A stretch of 15,550 nucleotides of DNA from an uncultured Dictyoglomota bacterium (GCA_964654465.1 CAZZIO010000047.1:1-15550); one strand, 5' to 3'. Numbered from the stretch's first letter, positions 7,530-15,246 are shown. Numbers and translations are program-made. The notes: generated by a model from the letters alone, not told the origin.

Positions 7530-8656
7530 CTTTTATAACCTTGAGCTTTTAAATGCTCTTCATAGGTTTTCGAAAAGGTATGAGTTCCATCATTATTTGA
7601 AACAAAAAAAAGATAATCTCCTTTAGGTTGTAATATTGCCTCCAAAGATTTTAAAGATGGAGAACAAATAGGAGTAGGAGGAAGACCATAATATTTATAC
7701 GTATTATAAGGAGAATCAATCTCCAGATCTTTGTATAAAAGAGGATTTTTCTTAAAATCATATAAATACTCTACTGTAGCACAAGATTGAAGCATATATC
7801 CTTTCTTCAAACGATTAATAAAGACACCAGCAATTAAAGGTCTCTCTCTGTCTATCTTGGCTTCTTTTTCCACAATAGATGCCAATATTATCCATTCATT
7901 AAAACTTAAACCAATTTTTTTAAGATCTTCTTTATAATCAGGAAAATTAGATAGGATCTGCTTAAAAAATTCTTTCAAAAGAATTTCTATAATCTCTTTC
8001 TCTTTAATGTCTTTTGGTAAAAAATAAGTAGAAGGAAATAAATAACCTTCTAATGACATGGGTATTTTACCCCCAAAAAATTCTTTATACTCTTTTAAAA
8101 AAGACGAAACATAATTAGAATCAGTACAATATTTAAGAAAAAGATCTTTTGAAATATTTAAGCGTTCTTCAAGAATTGCCCCTATCTCTTTTAAAGATAC
8201 TCCTTCAGGTATTGTTATCTTTATACTTAAATTTTCTCCATTTACTAATTTATTCACCACATGAACAAGTGAATAGGATGGAGATAATTTATAGTACCCT
8301 TTTTTAATGTTCCTCTCTCTCCCAATAAGCTTTGTATACAATATAAATATTTCTTTAGATTTTATAATCCCTTTTTCATATAATATATCAGCTACTTGGG
8401 AGAGTGAGGAACCCTCTTGAATATATACTTCTACATCACTATTAGTCTTAAACTTTGGGACGAAAAGTATTACAAAAACAAATAATAAAAATAAAATTAG
8501 AGAAAAGGAAAAGAATATAAGAATTTTTTCTAATTTACTATTCCTCTTCTCCTTTTTCTCAATCTTCTTCTTCCAAATCCTCTTCTTCCCAATCTTCGTC
8601 TTCCCATTCTTCCTCTTCTTCCAGAGCTTCCACAACTTTTTCAAATTCATCATCAT
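7526..8656 (-). CDS. mltG: Endolytic transglycosylase MltG (YceG family); start codon uncertain
   Basis: Single N-terminal TM helix; TIPEG, LEGYLFPSTY, LASIVEKE (catalytic Glu), SPYNTY..GLPPTPI and YLFFV motifs. Confidence 0.92.
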   Translation of the reverse strand: MMMNLKKLWKLWKKRKNGKTKIGKKRIWKKKIEKKEKRNSKLEKILIFFSFSLILFLLFVFVILFVPKFKTNSDVEVYIQEGSSLSQVADILYEKGIIKSKEIFILYTKLIGRERNIKKGYYKLSPSYSLVHVVNKLVNGENLSIKITIPEGVSLKEIGAILEERLNISKDLFLKYCTDSNYVSSFLKEYKEFFGGKIPMSLEGYLFPSTYFLPKDIKEKEIIEILLKEFFKQILSNFPDYKEDLKKIGLSFNEWIILASIVEKEAKIDRERPLIAGVFINRLKKGYMLQSCATVEYLYDFKKNPLLYKDLEIDSPYNTYKYYGLPPTPICSPSLKSLEAILQPKGDYLFFVSNNDGTHTFSKTYEEHLKAQGYKR

Positions 8657-8876
8657 CTTCTATTTCTTCCAAAGCATCTATATAGAGTTCACCATCTTTT
8701 TCTGAAAGCCTGCAACGATATACATAAATTTCATCCATATCTTCCGCATCTTTTGGTGTTAGAAGAACATACGTCTTATCATCTACCTCCACAAAATCTC
8801 TAATCAAATACTCATAAGTATTTCCATCCTCGTCTTCTAAAATTATAACTTCCTCGTCAAACATTTTATCTGACAT
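8559..8876 (-). CDS. DUF1292-like acidic protein (105 aa; start corrected from 9047)
   Basis: MSDKMFDEEVIILEDEDGNTYEY...YVLLTP...IEDDDEFEKV pattern; RBS GAGGTG at 8883-8888; typical position upstream of mltG. The longer ORF-track version runs through the tRNA. Confidence 0.8.
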   Translation of the reverse strand: MSDKMFDEEVIILEDEDGNTYEYLIRDFVEVDDKTYVLLTPKDAEDMDEIYVYRCRLSEKDGELYIDALEEIEDDDEFEKVVEALEEEEEWEDEDWEEEDLEEED

Positions 8877-8918
8877 TATGAACACCTCTTTTTTAAAATT
8901 TAAAGAGGGGCTAAGGAT

Positions 8919-9006
8919 TGGTGCCGGAGGCCGGACTCGAACCGGCACGGGGATTGCTCCCCACTGGATTTTAAGTCCAGTGCGTCTGCCATTCCGCCAC
9001 TCCGGC
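8919..9006 (-). tRNA. tRNA-Leu (anticodon TAA), 88 nt, CCA encoded
   Basis: GCCGGAG acceptor stem pairs with CTCCGGC-A-CCA; anticodon arm CTGGA-CTTAAAA-TCCAG; long variable arm GGGGAGCAATCCCC; T-arm GCCGG-TTCGAGT-CCGGC. Confidence 0.97.
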
Positions 9007-9037
9007 GGTAATTCCTCATACCTCTCTTTGGTTAAAA

Positions 9038-9066
9038 AGTGTATCATAAGTTTTTATATTAGTAAA
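9038..9066 (-). promoter_or_regulatory. Putative sigma70-type promoter for tRNA-Leu and the downstream operon
   Basis: TTTACT (9066-9061), 17-nt spacer, TACACT (9043-9038), with an extended -10 TG. Confidence 0.55.
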
Positions 9067-9069
9067 GTA

Positions 9070-9098
9070 TTGTCTAAAACAAAATTTTTTATTATAAT
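9070..9098 (+). promoter_or_regulatory. Putative sigma70-type promoter for tRNA-CAT-tilS-ftsH
   Basis: TTGTCT (9070-9075), 17-nt spacer, TATAAT (9093-9098), ending 17 nt upstream of the tRNA. Confidence 0.75.
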
Positions 9099-9115
9099 TT
9101 AAAGCAAGGAATATC

Positions 9116-9191
9116 GGCGGTGTAGCTCAGCGGTTAGAGCACACGGTTCATAACCGTGGTGTCCAGGGTTCGAATCCCTGCACCGCCACCA
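9116..9191 (+). tRNA. tRNA with anticodon CAT, most likely elongator tRNA-Met, 76 nt, CCA encoded
   Basis: GGCGGTG/CACCGCC acceptor stem; GCTC/GAGC D-stem; CACGG-TTCATAA-CCGTG anticodon arm; CAGGG-TTCGAAT-CCCTG T-arm. G1-C72 is paired and there are not three consecutive G-C pairs in the anticodon stem, so it is not an initiator. G4-C69/G5-C68 argue against Ile2. Confidence 0.93.
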
Positions 9192-9197
9192 TGAAAA

Positions 9198-10568
9198 GTG
9201 AAAGATAAATTTATTGAGAACTTAGAAAAAAAAGTATTAAATTTTATTAACACTGAGTCCCTCATTAATGAGAGGGACTCTATTCTTATATGTATTTCAG
9301 GAGGAAGTGATTCTTTTGCATTAGCTGAAGTACTTAGCACTCTCTCACCTCATTATAATTCTAATATTCATCTTTTATATGTTGATCATCATGTAAGACA
9401 AAATACAGAAGAAGAAAAGTCGTTAATAAAGGAATATGCAGATAGGAAAAATATTCCTTTTACTATTTTAAATATATATCCTGATAATCTTACAGAAAAA
9501 ACCTTAAGAGAAGAAAGATACAAAATAATAGAAGAATTTGCTCAAAAAAATGGATTTACCAGAATAGCTCTTGGACATACCTTAGATGATAATATAGAGA
9601 CAATACTTATGAATTTCCTAAGAGGATATGGGCTTGAAGGACTTATTGGTATACCCCCAAAGAGAGATAAAATAATAAGACCAATTTTGGTTCTTACCAA
9701 AAAAGAAACGGCAGAGTATTGTAACAAAAAAGAAATAAAGTACAAAGAAGATTTTACAAATTATTTACCAATTACTCTAAGAAATAGAGTAAGATATCAA
9801 TTAATTCCATTTTTAAGAGATATCATAGAACAATTTCCTCAAAGTTTAATGAATCAAAAAATAATACTAAATTGGGATCAAGAATTAATAAAAAACATAT
9901 CAAAGGAGTATTCGAACAAATACATAAAAAGTAATATGGATGGTTTTGAAGTAAATTACAATGACTGGAACAATATTCCAGACGCAATAAAAGTAAGGAT
10001 TTTAAAAAATATATTTAATAACATGGGTGAGATTATCACAATTGAAGGTTTAATATATTTAATGAATAAACTTTCCAAAATAAGAAAAACAGGTAATATA
10101 GCTACAATGAATACTATTAAAATATATAAACACGAGAATACTGTCTATTTTATCAAGAAAACCTTGGAAGAAAACTACGAATATACATTACCTATCCCTG
10201 GTTCTTTAAAGCTTCCATCAGGTTACGAAATCATTACTGAAATAATTGAAGATAATAAAGAGTCTATAAATTTTAATGATCTTTGGCATGTATATTTTGA
10301 CTATGATAAAATAGAAGTAGATAAATTAAAAGTTAGAAACTGGAGAGAAGGAGATAAAATTAAACCATTTGGTCTAAAAGGTAAATCCAAAAAGCTTCAA
10401 GATCTATTTATTGATAAAAAAATTCCTAAATGGAAAAGACTTGAAATTCCAATTATTTTTTGGGAAAATGAAATTTTGTGGGTAGTAGGAATAGCAAGAA
10501 GTAACATAGCGCCTATTACTGAAAATACAAAAAGAATATTACATATAATGGTAAAGAAGGAGGTTTAA
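9198..10568 (+). CDS. tilS: tRNA(Ile)-lysidine synthetase
   Basis: PP-loop SGGSDS, VDH, REERY, GHTLDDNIETILMNFLRG, IIRPIL, RNRVR and C-terminal domain motif KKLQDLFIDKKIP; GTG start. Confidence 0.95.
   Translation: MKDKFIENLEKKVLNFINTESLINERDSILICISGGSDSFALAEVLSTLSPHYNSNIHLLYVDHHVRQNTEEEKSLIKEYADRKNIPFTILNIYPDNLTEKTLREERYKIIEEFAQKNGFTRIALGHTLDDNIETILMNFLRGYGLEGLIGIPPKRDKIIRPILVLTKKETAEYCNKKEIKYKEDFTNYLPITLRNRVRYQLIPFLRDIIEQFPQSLMNQKIILNWDQELIKNISKEYSNKYIKSNMDGFEVNYNDWNNIPDAIKVRILKNIFNNMGEIITIEGLIYLMNKLSKIRKTGNIATMNTIKIYKHENTVYFIKKTLEENYEYTLPIPGSLKLPSGYEIITEIIEDNKESINFNDLWHVYFDYDKIEVDKLKVRNWREGDKIKPFGLKGKSKKLQDLFIDKKIPKWKRLEIPIIFWENEILWVVGIARSNIAPITENTKRILHIMVKKEV
9255..9297 (+). terminator. 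Candidate intragenic terminator/attenuator hairpin in the 5' part of tilS
   Basis: GAGTCCCTC (9255-9263) / GAGGGACTC (9272-9280) 9-bp stem followed by TATTCTTATATGTATTT. Confidence 0.45.
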
Positions 10569-10572
10569 ATAA

Positions 10573-12393
10573 TTGAACTTTAAAAATATAATCTCAAGAT
10601 TAATAATTATTTTCTTTATAGGCTTTCTTATTTTTACATTCCTTAATCCCAATATACTTGATAACTCTGCAAAGGAAAGAGTGATTCCATATTCAGAATT
10701 TATAAAATCTGTAGAAAACAAGGAAGTATTTAAAGTAGAAATTGGAGAAAAAGAGATCAATGGTCTATTTCGAGATGGATCAAGATTTAAAACCTATTCA
10801 CCAACTCAGGATGCTAACTTAATTCCTACTTTAATTAAAAATGATGTTGTGGTAGAAGTAAAACCACCAGATAACACTTCATTATGGATAAGTTTCATCT
10901 TAGGATTTGCTCCTTATCTTATACTTATATTTTTCTTTTGGATGATGTTTCGTCAAGTACAAGGAAGTAATAGTCAAGCCTTTTCTTTTGGAAGAAGCAG
11001 AGCAAGATTATTCTTAGATAATAAGCCTAAAGTAACCTTTGCTGATGTTGCTGGCGTGGAAGAGGCAAAACAAGAATTAAGAGAAGTAGTAGACTTTTTA
11101 AAGAATCCCCAAAAATATAGAAGACTCGGTGCTAAAATTCCAAGAGGAATACTACTAGTAGGACCTCCAGGCACTGGGAAAACTCTTTTGGCAAGAGCTG
11201 TTGCAGGAGAAGCAAATGTACCTTTCTTCTCTATAAGTGGATCAGAATTTGTAGAGATGTTTGTAGGTGTAGGAGCAGCAAGGGTTAGAGATCTATTTAC
11301 TCAAGCAAAAAAACTAAGTCCATCTATAGTTTTTATTGACGAATTAGATGCAGTAGGAAGACATCGTGGGGCAGGGCTTGGTGGGGGCCATGACGAAAGA
11401 GAACAAACATTAAACCAGCTTTTAGTAGAGATGGATGGATTTGATGAGAATACTAATGTGATTGTACTTGCTGCTACTAATAGACCTGATATCTTAGATC
11501 CAGCATTATTGAGACCAGGAAGATTTGATAGGCGTGTGATTGTAGATAGACCAGATTTTGAGGGAAGAAAAAAGATATTAGAGGTACATCTGAGAGGTAA
11601 ACCAATTGGTAAAGATGTTAATATAGATATAATCGCCAAAAGTACTCCAGGATTTGTAGGAGCAGATATTGCAAATCTTGTAAATGAAGCTGCTATTTTA
11701 GCTGCAAGAAAAAATAAAAACGAGATAAATATGGAGGAATTTGAAGAAGCAATAGAGAAAGTAATTGCAGGACCAGAGAAAAAAAATAGAATACTAAGAC
11801 CCCAAGAAAAGGAAATGGTAGCTTTTCATGAACTTGGACATGCTTTAGTAGCAAAATTAATTCCTGAAGCAACTCCTGTACATAAAGTGACTATAATCCC
11901 AAGGGGACTTGCTTTAGGCTATACCTTGCAACTTCCTGAAGAAGACAGATATTTACTCTCTAAAAAAGAATTAGAAGCTGAAATAGCAGTACTTCTTGGG
12001 GGAAGAGCAGCAGAAGAACTTATCTTTGGTCAACCAACATCTGGTGCTGCAGATGATTTAAGAAGAGCCACTGATCTTGCAAGGAAAATGGTGTGTGAAT
12101 ATGGTATGAGTGAAAAATTAAGAAATTTAACTCTTGGAGAAAATCATTCTGAAGTATTTCTTGGAAAAGACCTGATGCAGATCAAAAATTATAGTGAGGA
12201 CACTGCAAAAATAATAGATGAAGAAATAAAAAATATAGTAGACAAAGCTTATAATAGAGCATTATCATTATTAAAAGATCATGAAGATGTATTAAAAGAA
12301 TTGTCTAAGATATTAATAGAGAAAGAAACTCTTGATGGTAGTGAAATTGATAAATTCTTACAAAAAACTACAGAAACAGAGGGAATATCATAG
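10573..12393 (+). CDS. ftsH: ATP-dependent zinc metalloprotease FtsH
   Basis: Two TM helices, Walker A GPPGTGKT, Walker [35 protein letters not shown] zinc motif; TTG start with RBS AAGGAGG at 10557-10563. Confidence 0.97.
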   Translation: MNFKNIISRLIIIFFIGFLIFTFLNPNILDNSAKERVIPYSEFIKSVENKEVFKVEIGEKEINGLFRDGSRFKTYSPTQDANLIPTLIKNDVVVEVKPPDNTSLWISFILGFAPYLILIFFFWMMFRQVQGSNSQAFSFGRSRARLFLDNKPKVTFADVAGVEEAKQELREVVDFLKNPQKYRRLGAKIPRGILLVGPPGTGKTLLARAVAGEANVPFFSISGSEFVEMFVGVGAARVRDLFTQAKKLSPSIVFIDELDAVGRHRGAGLGGGHDEREQTLNQLLVEMDGFDENTNVIVLAATNRPDILDPALLRPGRFDRRVIVDRPDFEGRKKILEVHLRGKPIGKDVNIDIIAKSTPGFVGADIANLVNEAAILAARKNKNEINMEEFEEAIEKVIAGPEKKNRILRPQEKEMVAFHELGHALVAKLIPEATPVHKVTIIPRGLALGYTLQLPEEDRYLLSKKELEAEIAVLLGGRAAEELIFGQPTSGAADDLRRATDLARKMVCEYGMSEKLRNLTLGENHSEVFLGKDLMQIKNYSEDTAKIIDEEIKNIVDKAYNRALSLLKDHEDVLKELSKILIEKETLDGSEIDKFLQKTTETEGIS

Positions 12394-12408
12394 TTTCCCT
12401 CTGTTTCT
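12372..12408. terminator. Bidirectional terminator-like hairpin at the convergent ftsH/TPR junction
   Basis: Perfect 14-bp inverted repeat AGAAACAGAGGGAA (12372-12385) / TTCCCTCTGTTTCT (12395-12408) with a 9-nt loop; T-rich tails on both strands. Confidence 0.7.
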
Positions 12409-12993
12409 TTTAATTTCCCTTTGTTTATTTCTTAATTCTTGGACTCTGTAAAGAATCTGCCAATCCTTAGGATCCTTTTCTCTAAATTTTTCTATCTCTA
12501 ATTTTGCTTCTTCAAGCTTCCCAGTTTTTATTAAAAGTTCAATTAAATTATCCAAAGCTGCACTATTTTCAGGGTCCTTATTTAACACTTCTCTAAATAA
12601 ATTTTCTGCTTCTTCATAATTGCCCTTCAAAAACTCAACCCAAGCTAAACCTCTTAAGTATTCGGAGTTATCAGGGTCTAATTTTAGTGCAATCTCAAAA
12701 TATTTTTCTGCCTTGATTAGATCTCCTCTTCCTATCATTATAAATCCCATATAGTAATAATTAAATGAATCATTAGAATTAGACTCTATATTTTCTAAAA
12801 TAAGTTTCTCTGCTTTATCAAAATCTTTAACCCAAAAATAAAGATCAGCAAGTGTTAATCTCAACCAATATAAAAGATTTTCATCAATTACTTCATTATA
12901 AAGGGTTTCATATAAGGTAATAGCTTTATAAAGTTTACCCCTCTGTTTTAGATCATCTGCTCTTATAAGAATTTCATCTACTCTTAAACTCAT
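12388..12993 (-). CDS. Tetratricopeptide repeat protein (201 aa)
   Basis: Repeated TPR patterns (KAEKYFEIALKLDPDN, EEAENLFREVLNKDPEN, EEAKLEIEKFREKDPKD). Confidence 0.85.
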   Translation of the reverse strand: MSLRVDEILIRADDLKQRGKLYKAITLYETLYNEVIDENLLYWLRLTLADLYFWVKDFDKAEKLILENIESNSNDSFNYYYMGFIMIGRGDLIKAEKYFEIALKLDPDNSEYLRGLAWVEFLKGNYEEAENLFREVLNKDPENSAALDNLIELLIKTGKLEEAKLEIEKFREKDPKDWQILYRVQELRNKQREIKRNRGKL

Positions 12994-13044
12994 AGTTAAT
13001 TAAGTATAATATAATCATAAGAAAAATTAAAGCTGGAGGAAATA

Positions 13045-13974
13045 ATGATTTTAATAGTAAATCTAAATCCCAGTTTGGATGTTATATTCTATACAGAAAA
13101 ATTTTTAAAAAACAAAGTTAACAGATCTATCAGAGAATATATTATGCCAGGTGGAAAAGGTATAAACGTAGCTAAAACCCTAAAAATTTTTAATGAAAAA
13201 TTAAAAGTTATTGGCTTTTGTGGAGGAAATACAGGAATAATACTTAAACAGGAATTAAAGAAAAGAGATATTGATTTCAATTTTGTAGAAGTACAAAATA
13301 ACACTAGATTCGCTATAGGAATAAAGAATTTATATAAAAAAGAGCTTACTATTCTAAATGGTGCAGGATCAGAAATTCCAGACTATAAAATAGAAGAATT
13401 TTTTAAGATATATAGAATCATTATTAAAGATGCAGATACCTTGATAGTTTCAGGAAGTATTCCACCTAATATTCCATATGATATATATTTTAAAATATTT
13501 AAAGAAGCAGAAAGAATTAATATAATCAGAGTATTAGATGCTAAAGGAAAAGAATTTATAGAAGCCCTTAAAGCCCAACCTGACATAATAAAACCAAATA
13601 AAGAGGAAATGGAAGATATTTTGAATAAAACCATCAAATCAAAAAGAGATATTATAAGAGCCTTTAAGTTTATTGAAAAATTCCAAATAAAATACCCAAT
13701 AATTTCTCTTGGAAAAAAGGGAGCTGTAATATCTATAGATAGCAAACTATATCATTCCTTTTTACCACCAATAGATGGAATACACTGGGGAGCTGGAGAT
13801 GCATTTCTTGCAGGTTTTATTTATGGTTTAAGAAAAACTAATGATCCACTATATTCATTGAAAATTGCCTGTGCTACAGGTTATGTAAAAGTCAAAAAAG
13901 AAGAACTTAATATGAACGATAAAGAAGAAATTTTAAAATATGTAGATAGAGTAAGTGTTAAAGAAATAAAATAA
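13045..13974 (+). CDS. 1-phosphofructokinase / hexose kinase of the PfkB (FruK/LacC) family
   Basis: LNPSLD, PGGKGINVA, VSGSIPP, IKPNKEE, SLGKKGA and GAGDAFLAG motifs; RBS GGAGG at 13035-13039. Confidence 0.9.
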   Translation: MILIVNLNPSLDVIFYTEKFLKNKVNRSIREYIMPGGKGINVAKTLKIFNEKLKVIGFCGGNTGIILKQELKKRDIDFNFVEVQNNTRFAIGIKNLYKKELTILNGAGSEIPDYKIEEFFKIYRIIIKDADTLIVSGSIPPNIPYDIYFKIFKEAERINIIRVLDAKGKEFIEALKAQPDIIKPNKEEMEDILNKTIKSKRDIIRAFKFIEKFQIKYPIISLGKKGAVISIDSKLYHSFLPPIDGIHWGAGDAFLAGFIYGLRKTNDPLYSLKIACATGYVKVKKEELNMNDKEEILKYVDRVSVKEIK

Positions 13975-13980
13975 TACCTC

Positions 13981-14009
13981 TTGACCTTTTAGCATAATTA
14001 TGCTAATTT
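13981..14009 (+). promoter_or_regulatory. sigma70-type promoter containing an 18-bp palindromic operator candidate
   Basis: TTGACC (13981-13986), 17-nt spacer, TG-n-TAATTT (14004-14009); perfect palindrome TTAGCATAATTATGCTAA at 13989-14006. Confidence 0.7.
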
Positions 14010-14037
14010 TATGGAAAAATTTAGGAGAGTGGCGAAA

Positions 14038-15246
14038 ATGGGGAAGAGAAATTTCTCTAAAAGAGCATCCTACAGAACTTCCGATGCTATGTCAAAATTT
14101 GTTTTAGCTCAAGACCCAGAAACTATCTCTTTCGCTGGTGGTCTGCCTGATAATAATCTCTTTCCTGTTGAAGAATTAAAACATGCATATGAAGAGGTTT
14201 TAAGAACGGAAGGAAACCTTGCCTTTCAATATACATCAACTTGTGGAGATATAAAACTAAGAGAATTAGTAGGTAAAAATCTTTTCAAGAGATGGGATAA
14301 GACAATCCCTGCAGACAATATAGTACTTACCGAAGGCTCTCAACAAGCACTTGATCTCTTAGGAAAGTTATTTCTCGATGATGGTGATATAGCACTAATT
14401 GAAGAACCAGGTTATTTAGGTACTATTCAAGCTTGGAGTATGTACTCTGATAATCTAATAGGGATACCTCAAGATGAATATGGAATTGATATAGACTACT
14501 TGGAAGAAAAACTAAAAGAGCTGAAAGATTCTGTTAAAGTTCTTTATGTGGTACCAGATTTTTCAAATCCTGCTGGGACATGCCTTGAAATTAAGAGAAG
14601 ATTGAAACTAGTAGAACTATCTGAAAAATATAATTTTTACATAGTAGAAGATTTAGCCTATAGTCTTCTTTCCTATGATCATGAAACATATCCTCCATTA
14701 ATTACTTTCTCTGATAGCCACAAAATCATAACTATAGGGAGCTTCTCAAAAATACTTTCTCCAGGACTTAGAACTGGATTTATAATAGCACCAAAAGATA
14801 TTACTAAAATGATTATACGGCTTAAAGAAGGCACAGATTTATGCTCTGGTACGCTGAACCAAAAGTTAATATATCATTTTTATAAATTAGGATATTTAGA
14901 AAAACATGTTGAAAAATTAAAAGTTGCATATAGAACTAAAAGAGACTCATTGAAGAAAGCTCTGGACGAAAAATTTAAAGACATTGCAAAGTGGAATTTT
15001 CCACAAGGGGGTTTCTTCTTTTTCCTAGTTTTTCCTGAATGGGTAGATGCATATAAGCTTGCAGAAACTGCTTTAGAACAAAAAACCAGTTTTGTCCCTG
15101 GAGAAGAATTTTTCGTCTCTAAAAGAGGGAAAAATACTGCAAGAATATCATTTTCACAAGTATCTCCAGAAAAAATGGCAGAGGGAATAAAAAGACTTTA
15201 TATTGCATGGGAATTATATAAGGAAAAAGAAGAAGTTTTTCTATGA
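14038..15246 (+). CDS. PLP-dependent aminotransferase class I/II (LysN/ARO8-like, no HTH domain); start corrected from 14011
   Basis: ISFAGGLPD, GSQQALDL, PDFSNPAG, IVED.AY and GSFSKILSPGLRTG (PLP lysine) motifs; RBS AGGAG at 14023-14027 precedes the ATG at 14038. Confidence 0.9.
   Translation: MGKRNFSKRASYRTSDAMSKFVLAQDPETISFAGGLPDNNLFPVEELKHAYEEVLRTEGNLAFQYTSTCGDIKLRELVGKNLFKRWDKTIPADNIVLTEGSQQALDLLGKLFLDDGDIALIEEPGYLGTIQAWSMYSDNLIGIPQDEYGIDIDYLEEKLKELKDSVKVLYVVPDFSNPAGTCLEIKRRLKLVELSEKYNFYIVEDLAYSLLSYDHETYPPLITFSDSHKIITIGSFSKILSPGLRTGFIIAPKDITKMIIRLKEGTDLCSGTLNQKLIYHFYKLGYLEKHVEKLKVAYRTKRDSLKKALDEKFKDIAKWNFPQGGFFFFLVFPEWVDAYKLAETALEQKTSFVPGEEFFVSKRGKNTARISFSQVSPEKMAEGIKRLYIAWELYKEKEEVFL

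Noticed and set aside
975-7626. Plus-strand ORFs 975..1157, 2394..2741, 2794..3000, 3024..3248, 3348..3662, 6105..6620, 7117..7305, 7348..7626
   Set aside because: Shadow ORFs antisense to well-supported genes. The Ser/Ile/Phe-rich 6105..6620 merely mirrors the Glu/Lys-rich PilB linker.
8919-9006. bldA-like translational control of the pilus operon by tRNA-Leu(UAA)
   Set aside because: TTA is a very common codon throughout this AT-rich window, so it cannot act as a rare-codon switch.
8877-9047. N-terminal extension of ORF 8559..9047
   Set aside because: It reads through tRNA-Leu; a good RBS and ATG at 8876 give the plausible start.
9191-9208. Mini-ORF ATG AAA AGT GAA AGA TAA starting at the terminal A of the tRNA CCA
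   Set aside because: Five codons, no RBS, and its ATG would be destroyed by normal tRNA 3' processing; probably chance.
8880-9260. tRNA genes as integration sites for an island or prophage
   Set aside because: No integrase, no duplicated tRNA 3' end seen, and the flanking genes are housekeeping.
8878-9340. ORFs 8878..9102 (+) and 9134..9340 (-)
   Set aside because: They are antisense to the tRNAs and tilS, with no recognisable protein features.
14011-14037. ATG 14011 as aminotransferase start
   Set aside because: It lies 1 nt after the predicted -10, upstream of the expected TSS, and has no RBS; ATG 14038 has AGGAG.
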